A stretch of DNA of 64,000 nt from a virus: the IMG/VR virus record IMGVR_UViG_3300037089_000506; one strand, written 5' to 3'. Numbering within the stretch: position 1 is the stretch's first letter; each line of letters opens with the position of its first letter. Of this stretch, positions 1-8,900 are shown piece by piece. A model generated the notes under the pieces. The model ran no database searches. It was not told the origin of the DNA and saw only the letters and a program-made list of their open reading frames with translations. The position numbers and the translations under genes were made by a program.

Positions 1-49
1 TATCTTTCAATGATACATTAGCTAATTCTAATTCTGTTTTTTCCTTCAT
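1..49 (-). CDS. 5' fragment of a hypothetical protein running off the window (MKEKTELELANVSLKD...)
   Basis: ATG at 47-49 overlaps the TGA of ORF 46..507 (ATGA coupling); the frame stays open to base 1. Confidence 0.4.
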   Translation of the reverse strand, partial: MKEKTELELANVSLKD

Positions 50-507
50 TTTTCACTCATCTTTTTTATATCTCTGAATATCTGTCCATCTATAAAGGAT
101 TTTAACTGTTGTACTCTAATGCCATATTTTATTGTATTCAGTTTATTTATATCTATCTTTTCTTTTATTTCATCCCAATCCATATTATCAATTTCTCTAT
201 AGTAATAGCATAAAGAAGTTATAATAGAATCCTTATAATCTTCTTCTGTAGGAAAGGTAATAGTCTTACCCCCACATACAGAAATAAGTTTAGCAAATTC
301 AACTGAACCTAAAATAGTAAATAAGTGCATTAGTAGCTTCCAGGCTTCGTCGTCTGACTTTTGTGTTACTTTAGCTTTCTCAAAGGTATATATTTGTTGT
401 AATTTGAATATATCTTCGAAGAAGGCCGATGATTTAGTTTCACGAGTTAGAATATCATTTACTCGTTGTTCAAATAATGATCTTGGATTTGTATATACTT
501 TTTCCAT
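46..507 (-). CDS. Hypothetical protein, possibly Mor/C-family transcription activator-like
   Basis: ILGSVEFAKLISVCGGKTITFP resembles the Mor-family xxG-x3-A-x-KL-x3-GG-x2-I-x-P motif; preceded by ACTAAC-5nt-ATG. Confidence 0.45.
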   Translation of the reverse strand: MEKVYTNPRSLFEQRVNDILTRETKSSAFFEDIFKLQQIYTFEKAKVTQKSDDEAWKLLMHLFTILGSVEFAKLISVCGGKTITFPTEEDYKDSIITSLCYYYREIDNMDWDEIKEKIDINKLNTIKYGIRVQQLKSFIDGQIFRDIKKMSEK

Positions 508-512
508 ATACA

Positions 513-518
513 GTTAGT
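513..518 (-). promoter_or_regulatory. Late promoter motif ACTAAC (leaderless, 5 nt before ATG 507)
   Basis: Minus strand ACTAAC TGTAT ATG. Confidence 0.7.
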
Positions 519-524
519 ATAAAT

Positions 525-929
525 CTATTTTATTGCAGACTCAGCTACTACACCTAATAGTAATCCAGCAGCACCTGTAATTCCACCTATAATAAAATCT
601 CGTTTTAGCCCATGATTGGCTTTATAATTATCAAATTTTATTTTAGAATTTTTCAAATCAATATTGTCCTGTTGCTTCTGGATTTTATCCTTCTGAATCT
701 GTCCATCCTTTTGAGCAATGATTACATCTCTAGCGGCTAATTGTAATACATATTTATCTGTAGTATCTTTTATAGCTATTGCAACAGCATCATCTACTGC
801 CTTCTGTATTTCTTTAGTTACTTCTGTCTTTATTGCATTCTCTAATGCAGTTTTATCAATAGTAATAGTTTGAGCATAAATAGGTAGTGTAAATAGGAAT
901 ATACATAATGCTAATAAGAATTTTTTCAT
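525..929 (-). CDS. Exported/membrane protein with signal peptide, coiled coil and C-terminal TM helix (spanin-like topology, function uncertain)
   Basis: N-term MKKFLLALCIFLFTLPIYA, Q/K-rich helical middle, hydrophobic FIIGGITGAAGLLLGVVA C-term; SD GAGGAG. Confidence 0.4.
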   Translation of the reverse strand: MKKFLLALCIFLFTLPIYAQTITIDKTALENAIKTEVTKEIQKAVDDAVAIAIKDTTDKYVLQLAARDVIIAQKDGQIQKDKIQKQQDNIDLKNSKIKFDNYKANHGLKRDFIIGGITGAAGLLLGVVAESAIK

Positions 930-945
930 TTTGTCTCCTCAATAA

Positions 946-951
946 GTTAGT
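946..951 (-). promoter_or_regulatory. Late promoter motif ACTAAC (leadered)
   Basis: ACTAAC TTATT GAGGAGACAAA ATG. Confidence 0.6.
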
Positions 952-960
952 AATAGAAGC

Positions 961-992
961 AAAAAAAGAGGGACGATTTCTCGTCCCTCTTT
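961..992 (-). terminator. Intrinsic terminator after 996..2870
   Basis: Minus strand AAAGAGGGACGA-GAAA-TCGTCCCTCTTT followed by a T run. Confidence 0.85.
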
Positions 993-995
993 ATA

Positions 996-2870
996 TTAGC
1001 TAAACTTTTCTATTTGCATTGTCAAGTTCACATTTCCTTGTAATGCTGGATTCGAGAAGTTAATGTAATAATTTACATCAGCAGGATAATTAGCTACAGA
1101 ATAAGTAGTACTAGCAGGAGCAGTAACACCAGGAGCAAAGTATGGAGGTTGTCCACCAGGATTATTCAAGTCAGTATAAGTATAGGCAATCCCTGTTGAG
1201 CCAGCTAAAGTACATACTGTAGTTGTAGTTTGTGAACCAAAGGCAACTAAGTTCTGGAATACTGGGGCAGGACCTACAATAGTAACAGTAGTAGAAGCAG
1301 GGGTAATCGTATACCCATTCAATGTGAACCCTTGCTGATACACAGGAGATGCGGCTAGTACAGGGGCCGCAACAGCGCCAGCACTAAAAGTAGGAACTGA
1401 CATATAACCAGGAGTCTGTGCAATCATAACTACAGCAGCACCCGTTGGGTTATAGCATATCCATCCACCAGCGTCTCCAGGCTTACCAGGGACGTTTGCT
1501 AATGTAGCTAAAGCAGCCGCAGTTGTAGAAGCAGTACCAGAGGAAGTAAATAGAGCACCATTTAGGTAGTTGGTACCACCTGATGATGAAGATATTGTAA
1601 AGTAATAGAAAGCGCACCCAGAAGCTACTAAACAGGACTGAGCTACAGTCAAAGCAGTAGTAGCAACGGCAGGCATAGGTATTAGAGTGCCATTGATAGC
1701 GTATAAACCAGCAGTAGCAGTAGAACCAGCAGTAGCAATAGTAACAGTATTAGTAATAGGAGTAATACTATCATTCACGTATTGAGGAATTGTAAACCCT
1801 AACTGGGAATAAATAGTAACTACAGTGTTAGAACCTAATGCAGCAAGAGTAGGAATAGGAGTAGCACCAGGACGGGTAGCAAAGAAATATACAGTAGTAC
1901 TTGAACCTGAAGCTATAATAGTCCAACCAGGAACATAAGCAGCATTCAATGCTACGTTCCATGCTGTCTGGTTACCACCAGTAACAACAGTAACTCCATT
2001 AATTGTCATTGACACGTTTGCTACCCATGTCATTGTAGCTACATACATTGACCTTCCGCCTAATACTAATCCCATCTGAGGTGCAGTTAATGCTGTACCA
2101 GAAGCATAAGGAATAGTTACTGTTTGCCCACAAAGGTTGTAAGTACCACCAGCGGTTTCCGTAGTTGTTAGAGTAGTAGTAATACTATTTCCGTTATATG
2201 AAGAGTTAGTTAGAGGAGTATAAATACCAGGGGTTGAAGGAGGAGTAACTAATGGAAGTAAGCTTACAGAAGCAGCGGTAGTTGCTGGAATCCATGTAGG
2301 TGATAGATATGTAGTATCTACTGATCCTGTTGTAGTGTGAACAAAAGCACCAAAAGTAGCAGCACCAGTTGAAGATAATGTAGGTGCAGTAGATACAGCA
2401 CCAGGAACAGCACCCGTTAGAACAATATTAGCTCCATTGGAGGTTACATTGAAAGCCATAATGTTTCCAGCAACTCCTGTAAGAGTTCCTATCGTTGATG
2501 TAATGTTATAAACAATAGCAGCAGCAGAAGCTGCTAACTGTAAAGCACCAGTAACACCACCAGGTAGAGCTGCGATAGCTGTAGCTTGAGCTGCACTTAC
2601 AACGGTACCAGCATTAACAACGCCACCACCCCAAGTACAAGTACCAGTACCTGTATATGCTGAAGTTACAGTAATTGTGTAAACATCATTTACACCAATA
2701 ACCTTACCTAATGAAATTGTTCCTGTCCCTGCTAACTGTCCAGGATTTTCTACAATTAAAGCATCTAATACTTTGAATCCACGAGGGACTGTAAAGTAAT
2801 CCCCTGACGTTGCTCCTTTAATCCACCAGCGAGCTAGTCCACCTTTCTTTACTTTCTTTAACAAAGCCAT
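996..2870 (-). CDS. Virion structural protein, paralog 1; possible capsid cement/decoration beta-sandwich carrying nested inserted modules
   Basis: Shares N-term (KGATSGDYFTVPRGFK) and C-term (YYINFSNPALQGNVN) with 2949..5156; T/A/G/S-rich; about 13 charged residues in the last ~570 aa. Confidence 0.6.
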   Translation of the reverse strand: MALLKKVKKGGLARWWIKGATSGDYFTVPRGFKVLDALIVENPGQLAGTGTISLGKVIGVNDVYTITVTSAYTGTGTCTWGGGVVNAGTVVSAAQATAIAALPGGVTGALQLAASAAAIVYNITSTIGTLTGVAGNIMAFNVTSNGANIVLTGAVPGAVSTAPTLSSTGAATFGAFVHTTTGSVDTTYLSPTWIPATTAASVSLLPLVTPPSTPGIYTPLTNSSYNGNSITTTLTTTETAGGTYNLCGQTVTIPYASGTALTAPQMGLVLGGRSMYVATMTWVANVSMTINGVTVVTGGNQTAWNVALNAAYVPGWTIIASGSSTTVYFFATRPGATPIPTLAALGSNTVVTIYSQLGFTIPQYVNDSITPITNTVTIATAGSTATAGLYAINGTLIPMPAVATTALTVAQSCLVASGCAFYYFTISSSSGGTNYLNGALFTSSGTASTTAAALATLANVPGKPGDAGGWICYNPTGAAVVMIAQTPGYMSVPTFSAGAVAAPVLAASPVYQQGFTLNGYTITPASTTVTIVGPAPVFQNLVAFGSQTTTTVCTLAGSTGIAYTYTDLNNPGGQPPYFAPGVTAPASTTYSVANYPADVNYYINFSNPALQGNVNLTMQIEKFS

Positions 2871-2935
2871 ACAAAATCTCCTATTTACCCTCAGAGGGTT
2901 CCTAACATGGGCTTTGATAGCCCTATTAAATTAGT
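2871..2935 (-). promoter_or_regulatory. Late promoter ACTAAT plus two-hairpin 5' UTR and SD
   Basis: ACTAAT TTAAT A GGGCT-ATCAA-AGCCC ... ACCCT-CTG-AGGGT AAATAGGAG; conserved upstream of 5156. Confidence 0.65.
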
Positions 2936-2948
2936 TCTAAAAAACATA

Positions 2949-5156
2949 TTAATTATACTTTAGCATTATAGCAGTTACGTTTACGTTTCCTTGCATTGCA
3001 GGATTAGAGAAATTTAGATAATAGTTATAATCTCCTGGTAATGAAACTACAGATACTGTTTGTGAAGTAGGCACAGTAATAGCATTTAATATTGGGGGTT
3101 GTGCTCCTGCATTATTTATATAATCAGCAAAAATATAATTTCCTCCTGTTGTTCCTACTACTGAATACAGTGTAGCATAAGTAGTAGTAGTAGCGGGAGA
3201 GGGGGCAGTAATAACAGGAGAGGGTCCTGACCATGAAGTAGAACCAGTAGTAGTAGAAGTATTATATGCAGATACATATCCAGCTAGAGTAAATCCTTGC
3301 TGGAAAGTATTGGAACCAATTACAGGAGCTGCAACAGCGCCAGCACTAAAGGTAGGAACTGCCATGTACCCAGGGTTTTGTGCTATCATCAATACTATTG
3401 ATGAAGCTTGGGTAACTATTGTCCATCCACCAGCATCAGTAGCTTTACCAGGAACATTTACTAAGTTTCCTAAGTTCGTAGCTGTAGTAGCACCAGAAAC
3501 AGCAGCAGTAAATGAAACACCATTAATATAATTTGTACCAGCAGTACCACTTGTTACTGTAAAGTAATAGTAAGCACATCCAGAGAATACCTGAGCAATC
3601 TGTGATGCTGTCATGGTATTCAAAATATTTACTGGAGTCCCATTTATTGCATATACACCAGCAGAAGCTGCTGTAGAAGTAAATGTAGTAGTAGCGGTAA
3701 TAGCAGTAGTACTGTCATTTACATAGCCAGGAATTGAGAATCCCATTTGGCTTACTATTGTACCTATTGTAAGGTAAGTAGTATAACCAGAACCAAAAGT
3801 AGGTAATGGCATTGGACCAGAACGGGTTGAATACATATAAACTACGTTTGAAGCTCCAGGAACTGCTACCATCCAGCCAGGGATTACAGCAGAAGCAATA
3901 GCGGCAGCAGTAGTAGCTGAGTTTGTAGCAGCGGTTATTGATACTCCATTGATTGTAAATGAACCACCAGATACATATGTTACTGTAAACTGGTAATATG
4001 ATCTACCTCCCATAAAGAATCCTGTATTAGGGGCGGTAAGTCCGTTAGGAATAGTTACTGTATTTCCACAAATATTGTAGGAACCAGCAGCAGTAGCAGT
4101 AGTAGTATATGTAGCTGTTAATTGAGCACCAGAGTAAGAGTTGTTAGTCAAAGGAGAGTTAGCTACAGGGAAATTAACTATAGGGGACGTAACAAAAGAA
4201 GGACCACCATTATATACTGTAGTACCTGTTGTTGAAACTCCTGTAATAGAAGCATAGCCAATACCTGCTTGTAGAGGTGGGGCATATATAGCTTTACTAC
4301 CTATAAAAATATTTATAGCGGTAGAGCCTACTTGTGTTACTGTCCACGCCTGTCCAGAGGCGGTGCCTGAAGCAAAAGAAGTTGCAGCTATATCAGCAGC
4401 TACTTGTGTTGCTGTGTGACCTTGAGCAGTGGTACATGAAATTCCATCTACAGTAATTACAGTTCCTGAGCCACCAACGGTACCTATCCATGTTATAGTT
4501 TGATAAGGAATAGTAGTGGGAGAAGCATAATTCATAGTAATTAATGATACTGAAGTAGGCGTCAATGCTGGAACCATAGAAGGAACCATGTAAGAGGTAT
4601 CTGTTGATCCTGTGGTTACTGAAGCAGCAGTTGCGCTTGTAACGGTAATACCTGTGGAACCTACACCAAAGGTAGGTGCAGAAGAACCAGCACCAGGAAC
4701 CATACCAGTAATATAAATTACTGCTCCGACTGAAGATAATGCCCACTGTTGTATATTTCCAGAAGTACCTAACAATGTTGGTGTCATCTGACAAATTAAA
4801 GCAGCAGTAGCCGCTAACTGTAATGCACCTGTAGCTCCACCTACTAATCCAGTAACTGTTGCTAATTGTGCTGAAGTAATCTGAGCTGTAGTAGAAATAA
4901 TTCCACCTGCCCATGTCCAGTTTGTTGCAGCAGTAGTAATAGCACTAGTAATTGTCATTGAATATACAGCATTAACACCAGGAACTTTACCTAAAGATAG
5001 AGTACCAGTTCCACTCAACGGTGCATTTCCGTTCTCTACAATAACAGCATCTAAAAGTTTAAATCCACGAGGAACAGTGAAATAATCTCCTGAGGTAGCT
5101 CCTTTTATTGTCCAGCGAGCAATACCTTGTTTCTTCAATCTCTTTACAATAGCCAT
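2949..5156 (-). CDS. Virion structural protein, paralog 2, with one extra inserted module
   Basis: Collinear with 996..2870, including a near-identical PGYMxVPTFSAGAVAAPV block; extra YQTITWIG...AWTVTQVG module. Confidence 0.6.
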   Translation of the reverse strand: MAIVKRLKKQGIARWTIKGATSGDYFTVPRGFKLLDAVIVENGNAPLSGTGTLSLGKVPGVNAVYSMTITSAITTAATNWTWAGGIISTTAQITSAQLATVTGLVGGATGALQLAATAALICQMTPTLLGTSGNIQQWALSSVGAVIYITGMVPGAGSSAPTFGVGSTGITVTSATAASVTTGSTDTSYMVPSMVPALTPTSVSLITMNYASPTTIPYQTITWIGTVGGSGTVITVDGISCTTAQGHTATQVAADIAATSFASGTASGQAWTVTQVGSTAINIFIGSKAIYAPPLQAGIGYASITGVSTTGTTVYNGGPSFVTSPIVNFPVANSPLTNNSYSGAQLTATYTTTATAAGSYNICGNTVTIPNGLTAPNTGFFMGGRSYYQFTVTYVSGGSFTINGVSITAATNSATTAAAIASAVIPGWMVAVPGASNVVYMYSTRSGPMPLPTFGSGYTTYLTIGTIVSQMGFSIPGYVNDSTTAITATTTFTSTAASAGVYAINGTPVNILNTMTASQIAQVFSGCAYYYFTVTSGTAGTNYINGVSFTAAVSGATTATNLGNLVNVPGKATDAGGWTIVTQASSIVLMIAQNPGYMAVPTFSAGAVAAPVIGSNTFQQGFTLAGYVSAYNTSTTTGSTSWSGPSPVITAPSPATTTTYATLYSVVGTTGGNYIFADYINNAGAQPPILNAITVPTSQTVSVVSLPGDYNYYLNFSNPAMQGNVNVTAIMLKYN

Positions 5157-5219
5157 AATCTCTCCTATTTACCCTTAGAGGGTCCCTAACTGAGACTTTA
5201 ATAGTCCTAATAAATTAGT
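5157..5219 (-). promoter_or_regulatory. Late promoter ACTAAT plus two-hairpin 5' UTR and SD
   Basis: ACTAAT TTATT A GGACT-ATTAA-AGTCT ... ACCCT-CTA-AGGGT AAATAGGAG. Confidence 0.65.
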
Positions 5220-5225
5220 AATTGT

Positions 5226-5588
5226 TTATTGTTGAGGTGGTTCCTCGGCAGTACCTGATACTCTAGGATTTATTTGTGATACTGCTGGCATAGTCGTAGT
5301 AGTTGTAGACATAAAAGGCTGTGTATTATACCCACTCCACGATTGTGAATATTGATTTTCACCAAAACTTTGTGCAGCTTTTCCACCAAAAGCTATTGTT
5401 CCTAATACACCAATAAGCCCGATGAATGCGCCTAGAGGAAAAGGCTTGCCTAACAAAGCAAATATAATAGCTGCTATAGCTACTATCGAAGAAAGAATAA
5501 TAATATATTTTATCATCCACAAAAAGGCAATTCGCATTGCACTTATTTTAGAATCAGTTTGTATTGCATCTTTCTCTAATTTATTCAT
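5226..5588 (-). CDS. Holin-like two-TM membrane protein
   Basis: Two hydrophobic segments framed by KISAMR and GKAAQSFGE, a pattern typical of small phage holin-like proteins. Confidence 0.55.
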   Translation of the reverse strand: MNKLEKDAIQTDSKISAMRIAFLWMIKYIIILSSIVAIAAIIFALLGKPFPLGAFIGLIGVLGTIAFGGKAAQSFGENQYSQSWSGYNTQPFMSTTTTTMPAVSQINPRVSGTAEEPPQQ

Positions 5589-5932
5589 TTCAAGTCCTTG
5601 ATAACAGCATCAGCAGCATCTTGTGATGCTTTGTCTACAACATCTTGAATATTAATTTGTGCTGGTACCGATAGTGTCTGTATAGCTTCAGTAGTAGTTT
5701 CCATATTTATGGATGCTACTGTTTGTGCTGCTGTTTGATTTATATTTGTAACTTGTTGAGCTGTATTCATATCTATTTTAGCATCTTGGGCTTTTACATC
5801 AATATTGGGAATTAATGATTGTCCACCTTTGTTAGTAAACCATTCCACTGCTAGAATAGTAGCAATAGCACCACCAATAACCTCTGCTACCACTTTCCAA
5901 TGCTTTTTAAGCCATGCTAAAATCTTTTTCAT
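5585..5932 (-). CDS. Type II membrane protein (i-spanin-like topology)
   Basis: Basic amphipathic N-term, one TM (VVAEVIGGAIATILAV), helical A/Q/D-rich C-term; ATGA-coupled to the holin-like gene. Confidence 0.4.
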   Translation of the reverse strand: MKKILAWLKKHWKVVAEVIGGAIATILAVEWFTNKGGQSLIPNIDVKAQDAKIDMNTAQQVTNINQTAAQTVASINMETTTEAIQTLSVPAQINIQDVVDKASQDAADAVIKDLK

Positions 5933-5944
5933 TTTAAGCTCCTT

Positions 5945-8900
5945 TTATCTATTTAGTATCAATACCCAAATTCGCTCTATGCTAAAATCCGTTTTAGTTT
6001 GAACTACCTTACCAATAATAACACCAGGAATAAATCTATCAAAGAACATAGCCCGAGTGGCAAACCCATCTTTATCAGATATAAGTAAATCCCCTATGTT
6101 TAATGGTTCCTTTACCTTTACTTTTACCCGTCCAGTTAATCCTACAGGAGTTTTAGTTGTCTCATCTTGAGCGCCTAGAGCATAGCCAAAGGTATCAGAA
6201 TGAATACCAATAACTGTTTTATCTGCTCTCTTATCTGCTTTTTTTACCCCATTATTAGTAATTACTAATACATCTCCAGCTTCCGAAATACCCTCTCTAT
6301 GGATAAATTCTGCCATATCATTCCATATAGCATTATACATTTTAGTAGCATAGAGATACCCATTATATCCTAGTACTGCTGTTCCTGAAGGAGAAGTTAA
6401 ATTATATTGTAATACTCCAGCAGAACTTATCTGTAGTGTTCCCCCTATAAGAACATTAGCGTTTGTAGCCAAATCATAAGAAACATTAGGGGCCGTATTT
6501 ATTGATAGATAGCCTACGAACTCAAAAGTACCAGCATTTCCACTATATCCTGCAAATGTCAATTGAAGAGAAGCAGAGTTTGATGAGTTGGCACTATACA
6601 GAATATTGGCGCTCGCTATCTCCCCAAAACCTATCTGACCACTAGTGGATTTCAGATTAAACATAGTACCTGTGTTGATACCACTTATATTCGTAACTGT
6701 AGAGCCCGCTGTAGACCCTATGTTTATAGTAGAAGCGGTAGCAGTGAATATGTTCATGGTAGATTGATTAGTGAGAATTGTAGCTGTGTTTACATTAAAA
6801 GTACCTGCTATAGTCAATGTTGAACCGCCAGGGACAGTAGTGGTTCCAGTAAGGGTATTTGCAGAACTTCCATTTCCAATGTATATAGCAGTGGTAGAAG
6901 TTGTACCTATATTGATTGTAGCTGTATTAATAAGAATATTAGCAGTGGAGGAAGTAGATGTCATTGAAGAATAGATAGTAAGAGCACCAGTAGTGTTAGT
7001 CCCTACAGTTAGGTTATTAGTAGCAAAGCCATCGTAAAAATAAAGCTCTCCATCATAGTTTAGACGAACTGTGTTATGTGCAGGACTACTTGCACTTCTA
7101 TCAAAATACCCTGACCCTTGAACATTGTAGGCAGCAGTAAAATCTACAAGCCCTAAGGACCATACTTGGTTCATCTTCTGGTCCATATTATAATCAAAAT
7201 ATTTATTATATCTCTCAGTCTTATAAATTATTACCCTGAATTGCCATGTATTATCGATAGCTACATAGTTAGCAGGAGGAGATTGTCCATAAAGATAGTA
7301 GGCAAGTCCATCATCAGCGAAGTTTACTCGCACATATCCAGTAGTATCTGACTGCAATTGATAACCATATCTCTTATAACTCAAACCAGAATTATAAGTA
7401 ATAGTAATAGGATTAGGATCAATTTTATAAATACTTACATATTTATAAACATAGATTTCAGCAAATAAAGAAGTAAAATCAGGATTGTAAGAGAAAGTAG
7501 TAATAGGAACTTCGATATATTGAGTAGGTGTACCACTTGTACATCCACTAGGTAGTGCTCCCCATGTGGTCCACCCAGTATCATACCTAAATGAGGGGGC
7601 CTGTGGAGGATTGGATTGATACCAATTAGAATATTTTATTTCAGTTGCTGGTGTAGAAGTAGGAGGTAATCCAAAAGTAGTAGTACCATTCCCACCAAAG
7701 GTAGTTCCAATAACATTGAATAAATCGGGATAGGAAGAGATATTTGGAGTAGACCCATCACACGTTAGATACCCAGTATCCAGACTTGCTGGTTTAGCAA
7801 TAATAGAGCCAATCTGATTTCCATCAGATTTCTGAGTGTTATAACTTATATTTACATAGATAGAGCTAGGGGATTCCACGTATCCTAAAGGAGAAGCTAT
7901 GTCTGAATAGTAAGAAAGAGTAGCTAGGTTAGTAGTAAACCCACCATTGATATCAGCATATACTGGGGAGCCTGTTGATAGCCCTGACCATGCAGCAGAC
8001 GTTGTTACACCTACTTTTTGTATAACTACAGGGGTCTGCGCTATTATCTGTCCACCAAAATATATAGTTCGTGTTGTAGCTGATTGTGCTATAACAGAGA
8101 ATAATTGTAATGTTGGAGACCAAGACATAGTAGTCCATGTACTTGCATTCAAATTAGTAGGGGTAAATGAAACCCATGTTTTTCCATCAGAAGAATATGC
8201 TGCTGTGGCTGTAGTAGTATTACTAGCAATGGCTACAAATATATTTCTGTCAGGGCACCATTCTAATGTACTCCAATTAGAAGATGCTCCTGCTGCTGGC
8301 AATGATGAGGATTGCGCCCAGTTAACACCATCTACAGAAGACATTGACGTTCCTGTACCTACATTCGCAGCAGGGTTTACAGCAACGAATAACTTTAGGG
8401 TAGATGAGTATTTTACAGAAGTACCACCACCTGCGGGCATCCCAGTTCCACCAGCATTCCAAGTAATACCATCAGTAGAATAAGAGGAAGTTGCTGATCC
8501 TGAGGCTATAGCAACAAGTCTACCAGAGTCAGGGGACCAGTCAAGGGATGTCCACGTTGCTGAAGCAATATTAGTAGTTGGTGTCCATCCAGTTAATCCT
8601 GTTGAAGAGTATGCTGTAGTAGTTGATCCACTACATATGGCTACAAATTTTGTTAGAGAAGCACACCACTTGACTGCTACCCATGCTGCTGCTGAAGGCA
8701 TTGACATTGTTGTCCATACCTTCCCATCAGGAGAGGTGGCGGCTTGAGTATCACTAGTAGATATAGCAACCAATCGTCCTATTGATGGTGACCATGTTAC
8801 ATCTACCCAGTTCTTGGAAGCAGGGAGGGAAACTTGATTCCAGGTAACAGCATCAGTAGACCAATATGCATATGTAGAAGAAGAACCTAGAGCTACAAAT

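Noticed and set aside
996-5156. Diversity-generating retroelement (TR/VR) between the two paralogs or the fibres
   Set aside because: No reverse transcriptase in the window, and differences between similar blocks are not adenine-specific
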